Below, in pieces: positions 1 to 14,560 of a stretch of DNA of 64,000 bases. The DNA lies in contig JAQFVV010000002.1 in the NCBI GenBank assembly GCA_028023455.1, positions 14,260,001 to 14,324,000 of the forward strand. The letters run 5' to 3'. This DNA comes from Epiperipatus broadwayi. Taxonomy: Eukaryota > Animalia > Onychophora. Both the position numbers and the translations under genes were made by a program. The notes beneath the pieces were generated by a model. That model had not been told where the DNA came from. It ran no database searches and saw only the letters and a list, made by a program, of their open reading frames with translations. The stretch's first letter is position 1; each line of letters starts with the position of its first letter.

Positions 1-1260
1 TCCAGGTAGCTACAGTAATGTATCAGGAGTTGATTAGACAGTAACAAATTCATTGCTTTTTGAAAAGCTAAATAGTTTTTTTATTTCCTTTCCCCAATAG
101 TTCCTATAAAAGTGTTAGAAAGTGTGATTTTCTTTTTAGAAAACTTTCATAAAAATTCAGTAATCCTTAAAGGGCTTATAAATCCTTTACATTTCTAGGT
201 TTTACCATATATTTTATAGCTCTCACTTTTTTTGTTTTCCCTTTTTAATAATAATGTGACCAAAAACTTGATCTCTGAGGTAGCCCATATACATTTTACA
301 GATTCAGCTTAGCACCAACTTTATCTAATTTTGAACACTTCCATAACATGCCTTTCCAGTTCATGGTCAGTTTGGGCAGTTATAAATATATCATTCAGAT
401 ATGGGCTAGCTCCTTCCATGCCTTGGAAAACATCTATTTTAGTTTGCAAGGTATTGGGAGCAATGGTATTTCAATATGATAACTTATTACCCTTAAAAAA
501 AATCCCACATGAATACTAAAGGATAGCAACTTTGCTGTTCTCTCCATGTAAAGTATCTGATGGAAATTGTCACTTTCTATAGTGTGGCTAGATTTCACAC
601 AGGATCTTCGCAAAAACAAATAGTCCCATCCACCTTCATTATCACTATCCCCGAAGTCACTCACAATCAGTCTTCTATTGGAGGTAACACCTCTTTTGAA
701 ACAATATTCATAATCGTCTTCTCAACTTCTGGTTTCATAAGGTATGGAACCTTACATGGTTTAAATACAATAAGTTGGACATTTCTCATTAACTCTATGT
801 CCACTGGCAGCGGCCTCAATTTCATTAATTTTGATTTAAATTGCTGGGGAAAGTTTTCTATCTTCAGCTGCAGTTGTACTTTCTTAATTATCTTAAGGCA
901 TATCCTTAATGGTCAAAAACAGTTTCTGCCTAGTCTATAAATAAGGGTTGCAATTTAATTCTGGCATTGAACTTTACTGGTACCATTACTTTATCTCATA
1001 TGGCTACTTGGTTGCCTTTTATAACCATGGTTGGTGCATATGTATTTTCCAAGGTTCACTGGGTTTTATTCCATTAATAATATTCCAGTCTTTTAGTAAT
1101 AATATTGATAATCCTGTACTGCTGTCAACTACCATATTTTTTTTCCCCACAGATGATCGTGTCTAGCTTAATACATCCATTATCAATGTCATTTATTTTT
1201 CTGACATCTTTATCTCTCATTCTGTCTACCTTGATTTAAAGTCCAGGTGTAATTTAGCTA
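1..1260 (-). mobile_element. Ty3/Gypsy LTR retrotransposon pol remnant (protease-RT-start of RNase H), frameshifted
   Basis: Minus-strand translation: protease-like MVVDSSTGLSIL; pre-RT VFKPCKVPYLMKPEVEK; RT motifs KVDGTICFCED, FHQI...LLSFSIHVGFF, YLNDIFIT (YxDD decayed), EIKFL; then LSNQLLIHY. Many stops and frameshifts; runs off the window start. Confidence 0.85.
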
Positions 1261-1289
1261 TTAATCTTGTGTTTTTAACAGCAGACATA

Positions 1290-1700
1290 AGCTAAATGTC
1301 AATATCCACTACATGTAAATCTGCAAAAAATTTTAATGTGGCCTTTTAGATCATGACAATAATAAGTGAGATTCTTTGCAGCTTTTGAAATCATGTTAAC
1401 AGCTTGTGCTTTTTTTTATACGAATCTAATTATTCTCCATATCAGTTGAAGCTTCAAATTCTGAAACATTGTTTAACATAGTCTCTTGTGCATTACACTT
1501 CACTGTTGCTATTTTATACATCAGATCAATTTCACTTAGTAAAATTTTTCTGAAGTTATATTCTGATATTCTAGACAACAGTTGTCCAACAACTTCTAAC
1601 TCAGTGGAAAAGCTCCTTTATTATCAGGTGTTGATTATGCTAAATTATAGACATGTCACCTGTTTTGACTCTACTACCTGGAAATAAATATTCAGAATTT
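1290..1700 (-). mobile_element. Gypsy gag remnant with CCHC knuckle
   Basis: Minus strand FRKILLSEIDLMYKIA (gag-like) and YCHDLKGHIKIFCR (decayed zinc knuckle), directly upstream of the pol remnant. Confidence 0.6.
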
Positions 1701-1714
1701 TAATGAAGTCTTTA

Positions 1715-1933
1715 TATGGAATCTCCTTTGGACTTTTAAGATTACATAGTTCTTTACCTATCTGTAAAATGTTTATTGTCAGCAAAAACATAACAGCCAT
1801 TGTAATCTTGTTGTATTATTTATGGAATCTCCTTTGGACTTTTAAGATTACATAGTTGTTTACCTATCTATAAAATGTTTATTGTCAGCAAAAACATAAC
1901 ATAGCCATTGTAATCTTGTTGTACTTTATTTAT
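1715..1933. repeat. Tandem duplication, 106-bp period
   Basis: tatggaatctcctttggacttttaagattacatag... starts at 1715 and again at 1821. Confidence 0.9.
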
Positions 1934-1975
1934 GAACAAGTAACACTTGATGTGTATATTGCCACATTAGTTACT

Positions 1976-2365
1976 TCAAGACTCAGCAATGTTATCATTA
2001 GTGTTTGCTCAGCTTGGTTAACATACAAGTTAATTTTAATTATTGACTTGCGCTTACATCAAGACTCAGCAATGTCATCATTAGTGTTTATTCTGCTTTG
2101 CTTGGTTAACACGCAAGTTAATCTTAATTATCGACTTGTCCTATTCTATTGTTGCTTGTGACACTGCTATCACTTGTTTGCACACAGATTTTACCGCCTC
2201 TTGTGACACTGCTGTCTCTTTCCCACAAACAGGCTCTACTGTCAACTGATGTCTTTCTATTGTTGTTTATGACACTGGTTTATCACTGGCACTCATACAG
2301 ATTTTACATTCGGTGACACTCTAGCTGCCACTTTCCTGTAGACAGGCTCTACTGTCACCACTGCT
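1976..2365. repeat. Two pairs of diverged tandem repeats in the Gypsy 5' leader
   Basis: aagactcagcaatg...gttaat repeated at ~83-bp spacing; ttctattgttg...acaggctctactgtca repeated at ~115-bp spacing. Confidence 0.75.
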
Positions 2366-2390
2366 GTGTGTGTCTGAGGGGTACTTTAAA

Positions 2391-2993
2391 TGATATCAGC
2401 TGGTTAAAGATCAGTATTTAAATAAAATAACATTAATACAAAACTTTAAAATTTAACAACTAGTTTATTTACTTGCAGTAAAATAATGATAATAAATGAA
2501 AATAATAATGAATATTGCTTTATTTTTGGGAAAGTGATTAATAACAATTTGGCACATGGGGGTAAATTATTCTCTGTACTGCCAATGTATAAATACAATA
2601 TATCTTGAGTTTCTATTAATTCATATTTTACTCAAAAATATGATAATCTTTTAGATGATGTATTAACATCAATTGTCTTTAACTTAGGTTTATCATTTTC
2701 ACTTATCTGTGTATTTTAAGTCTATATGCATAGCTCTGACTTAGCCCATACTTTTTTTTCCCTCTTGTAATAACTTCATTCTTACTTATTGTCTGTAATA
2801 ACTTCATTCTTATTGTCTATCGACTGTTTTTAGTTCATTCTCATAATAGGGCTAATTAGCATATGTCAACTTCATTTATTATTCGCTAATTTTCTAAAGT
2901 GCATAATTTAATTGAGGAAATTATAATATATTGTCTGCACACAATTACATTATTTCAAGAAACTTTATTTACAATAATAAATATATATACACA
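2391..2993 (-). mobile_element. Gypsy LTR (5' LTR of the element at 1-2390)
   Basis: TG...CA ends; homologous to 24935-25438 and ~27030-27440 (shared ctaattagcata, aaactttatttacaataat); lies upstream of gag on the minus strand. Confidence 0.65.
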
Positions 2994-3293
2994 GATAGTG
3001 CAAATCCTCAATGTTAATCTTGCAGTTTTTTAAAAATCCAGTTAACAAGATTACAGTCTAAAAATAGATGAAAAACCATTCTTTTTTATTCTAATTGACA
3101 TATTATAATATTAAAAGAAACATAAATGAAAGCTTAAATAAGAAAACAATTTAATGATTTTTCTTTTTTAAAAAAAAAAAAAAAATGAGTGCAATAAATA
3201 TTAGTCAGTGTGCAGTTTATAGGTAATTTTAAGTCTTAGTTTTCACTTTCAGCTGATTTTGATGGAATATTGAAATAATATAATGCTCTAAAT

Positions 3294-3586
3294 CAGAGGT
3301 CCCCAACCTTTTTGCACTTAAGAGCACATTCTATAATACCGTCCAGATGGCGGGCACCATTTATTTTTTCAATGTAAATTTATAGTTGGATATTGTTAAT
3401 AATACACATAATGTACAAAAAAATATTTATTTTAGTACAATATAATACAATAATTTGTAAGAAATTAAAAAAATTAAATTTGTATCACATTAAATAATTT
3501 TTTATCGTGTTCGGATAGCGGGCGGGCACATTTAAAATGGTCTGCGGGTGCCATGGTGCCCGCGGGCATAGGGTTGGGGACCCCTG
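3294..3586. mobile_element. hAT (Charlie/Buster-type) MITE, 293 bp
   Basis: TIR CAG(A/G)GGTCCCCAACC at both ends; perfect 8-bp TSD CTCTAAAT at 3286-3293 and 3587-3594. Confidence 0.95.
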
Positions 3587-4457
3587 CTCTAAATCTATTC
3601 AATCATAGATTAGTAAATGTGTAACTTCAAGAAAATTCGATTGTTTTCTCATTCTGGTTAGTATAAATTAATATTTAAATCACATTGAGTAGTGTCAATT
3701 TCAATACATGGTTTTTTATTTTTATGATTTATAAATAAATATACGAATATTAGACATTTATCTTGCTGTGTTATTCCATATATCTTACATTTTTAGTGCC
3801 TTGAATATAATTCCATAGTATACAGCATGATTGATTCTATCTCTTTTTTCCCCATTTGGTGAGCTCAGATTTAATTTATTTTAATAAAATCAGCTGTTTA
3901 GATAAATAATTTATTTTAATGATTAGAAAAATTGTAATTTAATACTGTAGCTGTTACTCAAATGCCACTCAAATGAAGAATGAGTGGAGAATTTAATGCA
4001 TATTCAAAGAGTTTCATTGCTGATATAAAATTGTTTAAATAAAATATATATTATGGATAGAAATCCTGAGAAAAAATAATTTTCTGATTTCTATTGCACA
4101 GTAAAATTTCAGTTTTTTTTTTTTGGACAGTGACTCCTCAATCCATTATATTATTTACATGGAATATTTTTCTGCAATTATTATCATTTTTAGATCCCAA
4201 AAATCACTGTCATAGAAATGACTAGTTGTTTTTTTTTTTTTATGGATCGATCATTTTTGAAATGGCACTTTTTTTTGCATTATTTTTGATAAGTCATGTT
4301 TTCGATCCAATATGTTTTTATTTTTTTGTTTAATTTGAAATTATTTTTTCAAAAAATAACAATTATAATTCTTGCAGTTTATAAATGTTTACTTTTGCTG
4401 CCAAACTTTTCTCATTTGCTTTTTATTTTTTACAAAAAATTTTTTTTTAATTTACAA

Positions 4458-5448
4458 CAGAGTTGCGAAACATTTTTTGCCAAAGGCCATTTGGATATTT
4501 ATAATATCATTCGCGGACCACAAAAAATTGTCAATTTAAAAATTAGTCTATATTTGATCAAAAATTTAATTAATTTACCTCTAATTATTAATAGTGAGTA
4601 ATTTTTTCATCAGGCCAATTTTTACTTTTCCCTTTTAAATGAGAGTCATCTTCATGACATATATGCTCAAATTATGCTTTATGTTCTGGACAGGTTAATT
4701 CTCTAGCAGTTAGGATAAAGAGTCTTTTATATACTCTCCTTTAGAAAATAGTTTTGAATTTTTGCTCTAACAGATTTTTTTCTGATTTGTTTGTACTTTT
4801 TATAAAATATGTCAGTTACTTGATGAAGTTCCTTTTCAAGTTTTCTATTGTAATATTTCTTTCTTCCCCAATAATTTTGTTGTAGTCGGAATGTTTTGAT
4901 AAATAGTGTCTCTTAATAATATGTTCTTTATTAACTGAAATACTTTCCAGACATATCAGGCACCCTGATTTACTATTTTTTTCTATAAAAAATAATGTGC
5001 ATCTGGTCCATTTTTTTTCACGTGTGATTTTCTGTGAGAATTTTTTTATCTTACTCTGTATAATCATCCTAAAATAATAATAGTACAATTTGAGTTTTAT
5101 TTTTGCTAGTTATACTTTTGTCTGTGAAAATCTTTATAAAAACAAAATACTTTCAGTATCATAGATTATATCCATAATTGGAAAGACCACACATTATTGA
5201 AAATTTGTTGAAATGTTGCTTATCTTATAGAATGAAGTAGAATTATAAAGATTGGAGAGATAAAAAGATGTAGTTGATCAAATAAATATTTTACTTAACT
5301 CTTAATTCAATATTTGCACTGCACTATATGGGTGTCAAAATAGAAGTTTTATACAGGTCTATTTTATATAAGTTTGTGAAAATATGTGGGGACCGAATTG
5401 AGAATTTTCAAACGCCGATCTTGGCCTACAGGCCAGATTTTTCATCCC
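4458..5448 (-). mobile_element. Internally deleted hAT element with BED-finger fragment
   Basis: ORF 4816-5088(-) has CLIC...KEHIIKRHYLSKH (SPIN/GTF2IRD2-like BED finger); hAT-like terminal sequence cagagttgcgaaac...ggccatttggatatt at 4458; degenerate end near 5448. Confidence 0.7.
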
Positions 5449-5888
5449 AAATCTACAACTTTTAGTAAAAGAAAGGCAAGTATGAAGTCTTACATTTTTA
5501 AAGATCAATTGAAATATAAAATTTGTTTAAAGTAAGTAAATAAATTATTTTTTAATAATAAATTAATGATTAGATGAGATTATTTATTTTATAACAATCT
5601 TATCTAATCATAATTAATATTAAGTGGTAATTTAAACATGTTAATTATTGTGATATTACAATTATATATACTCAAAGTATTTTACAAATGATAAGTGCAG
5701 AATGATTTTAATTATATCTGAATTCTATTTAAAATTAATGTTTAAATTGCACTTTTTTCTTATCTATAGTTTTTAGTAGATTTGCATTCTATTGTTTTAA
5801 AATATATATTAGTCATTTTTTTGAAAAATGAAGAACCAAGTTTTTATTGCATTCCTGTGATATTTCTTTTATAAATTATATATTGGTA

Positions 5889-7385
5889 CCATATTGCTTT
5901 GAATAAAGATGTCTCCGAATTTAAAAATATTTCTTTTATAAATTATATATTGGTACCATATTACTTTGAATAAAATGTCTCCGAATTTAAAATGCAGTAG
6001 AATTTGAAGCTCTGAAAAATGAGGAAAATTTTTTTTTAATAATTTTATTGAAAAATAAACATTTTTATTTACTTAAATGGGAACTAATGTAAATAAAATA
6101 AGCTCACCTAATTTATTACGAATCTTCTTCAGACATACTTTCTATATCTTCACTTTCAGAATTTGAATTTTCATCTTCACTATTCCACTAGCATACATCA
6201 TTTCAGGCCATTTAAATCATTAGCAATGCAATATTTTAAGGAGTTCTTCAGGTATATCTTTCCAACCATTGCAAAACTCATTCAAAATTATATCTATATT
6301 GTTTGCAAAGGTTTTTTTTTTTTAGTGTAAATACTACAACATTTTTTTTTCCAAAGAAAAAGATTTTAAAATATGGTATTGACATTTAATGTTACTAGTA
6401 AATCTTTTTTCTTTGATTAAATGCCTTTTCTAAATTGCAAATTAATTTGTCAGATTATTAAAGTAAACAAGTTTTTTTAAAAAAATGTAATTTCTATTTT
6501 TAATAGCACCAAACATAAAACATGTTTGTCATCCAATTACAAATTGTAGTCGAATGTTATAATTTTTTTGTCAATTTGTTTTCATGTAAAAAAAAAAATT
6601 TCTATTAAAATCTGAATCTTTTTTTTTTTTAAATAATTAATATTTTCTGAAAAAAAATATAAATGTATAAAAACAGAATCCAAAACACATTTTTACTTTG
6701 AAAATCAAAATGAAGATATTGGAATTCTCAAAATTGTTGACAGGCGGTTTCGTGTGTAGAGAACAAGAAAAAAACCAATCGGCACCATGCAAGGCAGATT
6801 TTTATCTTGTTATATTGATTGTAAAAAAATTCTAATGGTTATTTAGTATGTTTTTCTCGATAAAATAACAGTAAAAACGGTAAAATGACGTTAAAAGATC
6901 CTAAAATGTGCATTTTTATTTTGAAAATCAAAACAAAGATATCGGAATTGATAGAATCGTTGACAGGTGCTCTTGTGTAGAGAACAAGAAATAACCAATC
7001 ACTGACATGGAAGGCAGGTTCTTATTCCATTATATTGATTTATTAGTTGTACAAAAATTCTAAAAGTTATTCACTATGCTTTTCTCGATAAAATAATGGT
7101 AAAATCACATTAAAAGTAGTGGTTTGAGAGAGAGAGAGCTAGAGCCACTTATGAAATTAATCCAAAAAATATGGACATTTTATGTTAAATCTTTTTTTTT
7201 ATTAAAAAAGATTCAACCTGCTTTTCTACACAGATCAATGATCATAATACTATGTGCATGTATAGCATAAAGCAAAGATCCACAGAAATAAGATGTTGAA
7301 AGTTTTTGTTCCCAATTTAAAACATGTCCCTTTTATGGGGCCAATATTTGGGGAAAATGTGCATCTTGTATTTGAAGTAATATGG
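5889..7385 (-). mobile_element. pogo/Tigger-type DNA transposon remnant
   Basis: TA-flanked ~25-bp TIRs ccatatt(a/g)ctttgaata at 5889 and 5956 versus reverse complement ending at 7385; minus-strand C-terminus GWKDIPEELLK...CIANDLNG...acidic tail at ~6120-6300. Confidence 0.75.
6455..7120 (+). repeat. Unclassified interspersed repeat with internal ~225-bp tandem unit, nested in the pogo element
   Basis: attattaaagtaaacaa...cataaaacatgtttgtcat and gaaaatcaaaa...gtagagaacaagaaa recur at ~61240-61640; the internal unit is duplicated at ~6690 and ~6915. Confidence 0.7.
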
Positions 7386-10300
7386 TACATACAAGATCAT
7401 TTGAAATCTAACTTATGGAAGTTTTAATCTTTTCTTGAAGTGAAAAGTAGTCAATAGATCAGAGAAATTGCTATTGTCTTATTTCCTTAAATCATGCTTC
7501 TACAGCCATCGTATACTTTCACATTAATTTTTTAATTTGAAAAAAATCTAGAGACCAGTGTAATTGAATAGGCAGAAGCAAGTCATAATATTTTAGTCCA
7601 GTCTCCACATGATGGTGGATTTAGTATCGTGTTTTCTGTTTTAAGACCATTTGCGAGATTACTTTGAGAAAATTTTTGGAATAACTAAAAACTAAAATTT
7701 TTTTGAGAAGTTTGCTCAAATTCATGATTAGTTTTGCACAATATAACATTTATTAAAAATCAAAAGCATATATGATTACTTTTATTTTATACATGTTTTA
7801 CTTTTAAAAATATAAATTATATTTTAAGTTCTAATATAATACAAATAAAGAAACTCACAGTTGTTACCATCACTACACCAGATGAAACTAATTTCTAAAT
7901 GGCATTAGCAACACTGTGATAGCTGAATTTGATAGATTTCTATATATTGATATCTAATCATTCAAATTTTATAAATAAATTTCAATGAAAAAAGATTTTG
8001 ATTCTCTTCTGGAATTGTTTACTTAGAATGTCCTTTGTTCTCGCTAAGAATTTATTTTTTTAATATTTGCAAAATTCAGTCTTGATTTTTAGAATGTTTT
8101 TCATTTATAAATATATACTTATACTATATCAAGTCTAATTTAAATTGAATTATTGGTTTAATACTTAAATCAGAAACAAAATTGAAAAATTACAAAAAGT
8201 GTCATTACGGCGAACAATGAACCTGGTACATTGCAGAGAATTAAATATGTATATAGCTTATAGATTTAATATTGTCTTAAAATGATTGTATTTCATTATC
8301 CAACCATACATTTTAATATTTCAAAGATTTAAAATGTTAACCAAATTAATATAAAAATAGGCATTGTAGTAACAGTATTTTAAAAGACAAAATGTAAAGT
8401 ATTCTTACTAAGGTATTTTTGATTATACAGTAGTATTTCAAAATGTTGTGATTCAATAACTTAAGAAAAAGTAATAAATTAAAATAGAAATTAATTATTT
8501 TTTATGTGTACTGGTTTATTCACTGGAGCATATTTTCCCCCACACATTGTGGCAAACTCATGTTGTGAAACATTAACATCCATTGGTTTTTGCTGTGAAT
8601 TAAGAAATTAAAATTTCATTTAAAATAACCTTAAAACATAATTCAATTAAACCAAAAAGAAACTGCATTGTACTTCATTTATATGATAAAATAATTGATT
8701 TGCTTTTGAAAGTAAAAAAATAGAGCAGTGTGCTGGAGCTGGACAATATTTAATAAGAACAAATCTTCAATTTGGAAAAAAGTATCTTTTCAAAAAAATT
8801 TATTCTTAAGTTATTTATTGCAAGTAAGAAATACCAGCATAGGTTCAGAAATTAGAAAAATATTTGCCTTATTTTCATATGCAATTTAGATTTGGAGTAC
8901 GTTCTTTTTCAGTTTCTATACTCCATTATCTTTTTCATAGTGGTATTCTGTTTTTTTTTTGTTACTGTTAATTATTTTTGTTGATGCCTTTATGTGTATA
9001 ACTTAAATTATATCATAAAAATTTATATACATGTTTTAAATGTGATAGGACTGTGTATGTGTGTTTATATAAAAGAGTGCTACTATTTGCAGGCTTTGGT
9101 ATCTCCATGAAATCTTGGTACCAAATGATGTAGATATGTATATATGCATCTTTTATGTCCCCTCTTTTTCTCATTCTGTCTCCTTTTTTCTTTTACCATA
9201 TTATCTTCAATCATTTAAATTAGTATAGTACTTTTGATCATCTCCCTTCATTAATTATGATAATGGCATTGTGTGTTTGCATGGACACTTTTTCATTCTT
9301 AAATTATCTGTACAACAATTTTTTCCCACTTTTTTTTTTTTTAATCATTAACAAATATCATCTTTAACTTTATATTTTTTGTCTTTGTATGTTTGATGAA
9401 TTCATTTATGAGTATAATCATGATGATGAAAAAATCAGATTTTAGTAAGTAAAAATATAATAATTACTATATCCAAAAAAATGTTAGTGCTTTTTTGTTG
9501 TTGTTGTTTCTTTTTACTATGAATTAATTATTAATAAATCCATGATATTCCATTTAATCATTTCTGTTTGATGGTTAAAATTATATGTTTTAGTTACTTT
9601 GACAGTGTTTGTATTCAAAGTGGAGATAATACACAGTTAATATCAATATAATTCGAATAATAAAATTTAAAAATCCCAAAATACTATCTATTTAACAGAT
9701 ATCACATTAATTATCTGAATAATAATAAGCAGTTTTCAAATTATTTTTCATTTTTGTTATATAGTGACAGAAAACCCTACATTTTCAATGAATACTTTGT
9801 GTTTATTTGTAAAATAGAAACCAAACTACTATTAATTATTTAATATATTCTTGATTATAGTCCATTTTGGAATTATAGTTAAGCACTAATTCAAATTGAG
9901 GTAGTACACCCAAATATTTATGCATAAAAAAAAAACAAATGACTAATCAGTTTCTGAATTAGTCTTGAATTAAGAATTATAAAAACAATTTACCATATCT
10001 TCTTTTGTTCTATAATGATATCGTCGTTCCAACAATATTTTAATTTCAATTAGAATAAAATATTTTACCTGTTTTGCAAGATTAATACATAAAATGCAAA
10101 TTTTTTTAAGTCTAATAAAATAGTATAGTAGTTCAAACACAAAGTGTTATATTTAATATTATTAATGCTAATCTCATATATGCTTTTGTGTATGCAGGCA
10201 CACAGCTATACAAGCAAAATTGAATAACATTTCAGTATTTTCTACAAATTGCATGTAGAATTATTTTGAATGTTCCATTACTTTGCTTTACAATTTTATT

Positions 10301-10794
10301 TTAAATTTTACTGTAAATGTTAAGTGTTTTGTATTCTAGTTGTTATTAACAAGCCTGTATATTGTTTTCTTTTTTTAATATCAGATTTTATTATATTTTT
10401 TAAAAAAAATTTTTAGACTAAGTAAATATAGAAAAAGTAGTCATAATTTTTTGTTCTTAAAAAGAGTAAAAAGTCTGTTATAAAATAACATTTCTTTGAT
10501 TTAATTAATTATCAATCAAGCAAATATAATTCATTTATGTTAATGAATGACTGTTTATAAGAAATGTCTATTGTCTGTTAAGGATTACATAGCATACTTC
10601 TATCATTTTAGATTGTTTATTTTTTAAAAAAAAAATTAATTCAAATTTTATTTGAATTAAAAGAAAATTTAATAGTTTAGATTTAAATAGCGCTAACCAT
10701 AATATATTCAAACTGAAACATTTGGAGATTATTTTCAAATGTGTATTTTATAACTAGTAAATATTATGATGGATTATTTAAAATTAATATTTCA

Positions 10795-12600
10795 GTTAAC
10801 AGATCAGTGGACATAGCCAAAAATGGAAATCATGGCTGATATCGAGGCTGGTCTTATAAACGATTATTAAACATAAAAATTTACTACCTAACCATAACAA
10901 TTGGAACGACAAAATTAATAAAACTAAACAATTTCTAGATAGTAACTCAATTGTATGCATCAAAGATGATAAAGGCAATAGATTCGTATTAATTTCAAGA
11001 GCTGAGTACACAAACAAAATGGAAGAGCAGATCAAAATTAAGTTCACATGCATAACTGAAAATAATAATAAAATCAACAAAGATAGATTCATATCCAATT
11101 TATTAAGGACTCGTAAAGAAAAAACACTATCTAGGGCCGAATATTTCCGAATCTATCCATTATCTTCCATATCACCTAGAATGTTTGCCGACATAAAACT
11201 GCATAAAGAAAACTATTCTCTCAGATTAATGCTTGACTTTGGAGGCATCCACTATTTCCAAACTGCAAAAATGATAAATCTATGGCTTATAGATTTCCTG
11301 GGATTTGGAAACCACACTGTCAAATCATCATTTGAATTTGTGGAAAGAATAAAAAATGCTAAAATAGATTTAGAACACAAAATGACTGTATGCAATGTCA
11401 ATGAACTCTATGACTCAATTAACAGAAAAACCTCCATTGTCATAATCAAAGATGAACTAAATAAGAAAAACTATCCAACAAAACGAATTGATTTTATAAT
11501 AGAATTCTTGAAGTGGCTGGATAACAACATATTGGCTAAATTTGAAAACAAATGATATGTTATGAATGATGGTTGGTCAATGGGACTGCCAATGAGTGGC
11601 ATTGTTGCGAGTATCGTTACAAACCATTATGAGAGCCAAATTCTTCCGAATCACTTCACAACAGAACCAACTCTCATATACACTCGATATGTTGACGACA
11701 TTTTTATCACAGCAAAACCTTCCACCACTGTCGACAGACAAAATGAATTTCAAGCCATCTCAGGACTAACTCTCAGTAGAACTGATGAAAACAAGGAACA
11801 AGAAATAAAATATCTAGACTTGATAATAAAAAGAGAGAACACATACCTAGATTATAAAATGATCATTAAACTGCTGCACATAAGAGGTTACACAAGTCCA
11901 AAGCCTAACACCACCAACATATATAAATGGGCAAGTATGAATGCTTTCCTATTCAGAAATCACCATTTATGTAAATACATAGCAGATAAGAAAAAAACAG
12001 CATCGATAAATCTATAAAGGAAATGACTAACATAAGCTTTAAACCCAATACAATCCATCAGAGAATAAAAACATTTTATAGAAAACTCAAAAATAAACAG
12101 CCTAAAGACAATATGAAATATTTAACAATTCCTTTCATACCTAATGTAACTTCAAAAATTGCTAAAACATTGACTAACAATTTCAAATTTAGCTTCAGAA
12201 CACCTCCCAACACTAACCAACTAATAAATAATTCCAAGGATAAAATAGAAAAAGATTAAGCCCCCATGTGGTCTATAAAATAACATGCCCTCAATTAGGC
12301 TGCCAGGCATCTTACTATGGGGAGACTCTAGCTAAAATCAATACAAGAAATTTACTAACACAGGTATGCATACAACAGGATTAGAAATAAAAATGAAGGA
12401 ACATCGATCTTCTGGGACCACCAAGCAGCTACAGGCCATATATTTGAACCCAGTTCTGCCCAAATGATTTGCACGGAGAAGAGTGATGCCAAAAAAAAAG
12501 TCAAAGAAGCTTTTTACATAGCAAATGACCGCAGTGCCATTAACAGAAGAGAGGCATGCTTTGCTCTCTCCAAACAATGGACTAACTAATTAAAAATTCA
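10795..12600 (+). mobile_element. Penelope-like element (RT + C-terminal GIY-YIG endonuclease), pseudogenised
   Basis: IKDDKGN...YTNKM; G-W-S-MGLPMSGIVASI; YTRYVDDIF; KYLDL; TIPFIPNVTSKI; VVYKITCPQLGCQASYYGET; WDHQAATGH...KVKEAFYI. In-frame TGA at 11553-11555 plus frameshifts. Confidence 0.92.
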
Positions 12601-13849
12601 AGCTCATTTGCTGGCATATTAAACATATAATTACAGTTTCACTAACGCATGCAAAAAAAAATCGCATATTTATAATTATAATTAATAGCTTTTTATATAC
12701 CTTTCTTTTTTTTAATGCAGCTTATAAGATTTATCAAGAAATTTTTTGAGTTTTTTCATCCATGTTTACAAATATTTGATAAAATTGAGGCCTAATGGAA
12801 TTTTATTTTTTAAAACTAAGAAATATCAATTTGTTAGTTTCACCATGAGTTTGTGAACTTAATAATTGCATACCTTGAGTGTTTAGTTAATGTAAAATTA
12901 TAAAGATTAAGTCCAAATCTTTCTGGTGTTTGTTTTTATTTCATGGTGTCCCATGGTTGTCAACACCATGAAATTGGTTTTTTATTTTTAAGATAGTAGA
13001 ATCTCATCTCTGTGATCGTGATGCAGCTATCCTCCATAATTCCATTGGAGTTTATGTTAAGAGCTTTATTATGTATTTTCATGATTTTCTGTTTTTAACC
13101 AGAAGTTTATCAAGGTGGAGCCTGGGTTCTATGTGGTACCATTTATTTTACAAATTAATGATTAGTACTTATGAGATGATTAATGGGAGGACTGTTATTC
13201 ACCCATACCATATACTGAATTAAATAAGATATTTCACAAACGTATTGGCCAGAGTAAAAAAATTAAGTGATTATATTTGAACACAAAACAAATAGATAAA
13301 TTCAAAGTCAGTAATCAAGTTAAATAATAAAGAAATTTATATAGTGAGAAGTAATTGAAATTTTGTACCAACTGAGCTTGTTTTTGGTATTGAACATTAA
13401 CTGAAACTTTTAAAACTAATGAAAAAGGAAGGGAGATGTCACAAAGTTTTCATGATACTTAAAAGAAATCAAAATTACAATAATTTTTTTGTTCCTTTCA
13501 AGTTAAACGAAAATTTTAATTGCACTCCCATTCACTTGATTTTTTTTTTTCACCGTTTTCCTAAAGTTTTAACATTATACAAATAAGCAAATTGTTATCA
13601 AATAGTAATGGATATTTAAATGTCATATGATTTGCATAATGAATATAAGAAATCATTATTACAAAATTATTTATGTTCTTTGTAAACTAAACAAAAATAT
13701 TAATTGTAGTTCTAGTCTTTTATTATTTATAATCACTTTATTGAAGTGTTATGCTTGTTGGATTGTATTTTGTCATGAGATTCTGATGTAGGAGAGTTAT
13801 TTTTAGATTTATATATTTTCAACATCAAAAAAAAAAAAATCATTTTTAG

Positions 13850-14560
13850 CAAAGTATTGTCCCTTTTGCTGTTGTATCCACCAATCATCTTCTTGTCAGT
13901 CATTGAATTTCTGCTTTTATATTATTATGATACCCTTCATGTCATTATTCTGCTAAGCAGAGAACAACAACACTCTTCTTAAAAGATTTTCTTATCTGAG
14001 TAACAACATAACAGTCTAGAAAAATTCAAATGGCCAATTTTAATGTTTAACAATGTTGTAACTTCAGCATAAATAGTAGCTTTTCAATAAATAACATTTT
14101 TTCTATTTAATTATTTTTACTGCAATTATCATTTGAATTAAGATCTAACCAAAGATTTGTGACTATGCTTTAAATATGAAAGAATTCAATTTTATAACAT
14201 TTTTCTGCTTGAAGAAAGTATTTATGAGTTGTTAATTATTCAATAGTAGTAAATCATTTAATTTAACAGCCAATTTCCAATAAATTTGGTCATAATTTAT
14301 TATTGGTAAGAAGATTGAAATCTCCAACTTTCAATCTTTTATTGATATTGATGCAATAAGATCCAGCAATAATGAAAAGAAGCTTTCTATAAATTTTCTG
14401 AATGTAGTCTTAGAACTTACGAATTGACAAAGATCATTTACTATTATGGAAAATAGTTTTAAATATCGTAAGCATTTCATGGTTGCATCCCAAAATAGAA
14501 GATACCAAATTCTATCACTATATTTGAAAAAAAATGTATGGCATTTTTTCTATTCAATAT
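13850..14560 (-). mobile_element. RTE-like LINE endonuclease fragment
   Basis: Minus strand KVGDFN and INTFFKQK motifs; heavily decayed. Confidence 0.55.

Noticed and set aside
11553-11555. In-frame TGA in the PLE RT as a possible selenocysteine codon (as reported for Naiad-clade PLEs)
   Set aside because: This element has a C-terminal endonuclease (not the Naiad layout), the site aligns with an aromatic or hydrophobic residue (FxxKxY) rather than Cys, no SECIS is visible and the ORF has other lesions. A TGG-to-TGA nonsense change is simpler.
12938-12974. 12-bp hairpin atttcatggtgt/acaccatgaaat
   Set aside because: Too short and isolated to separate from chance or a tiny TE scar.
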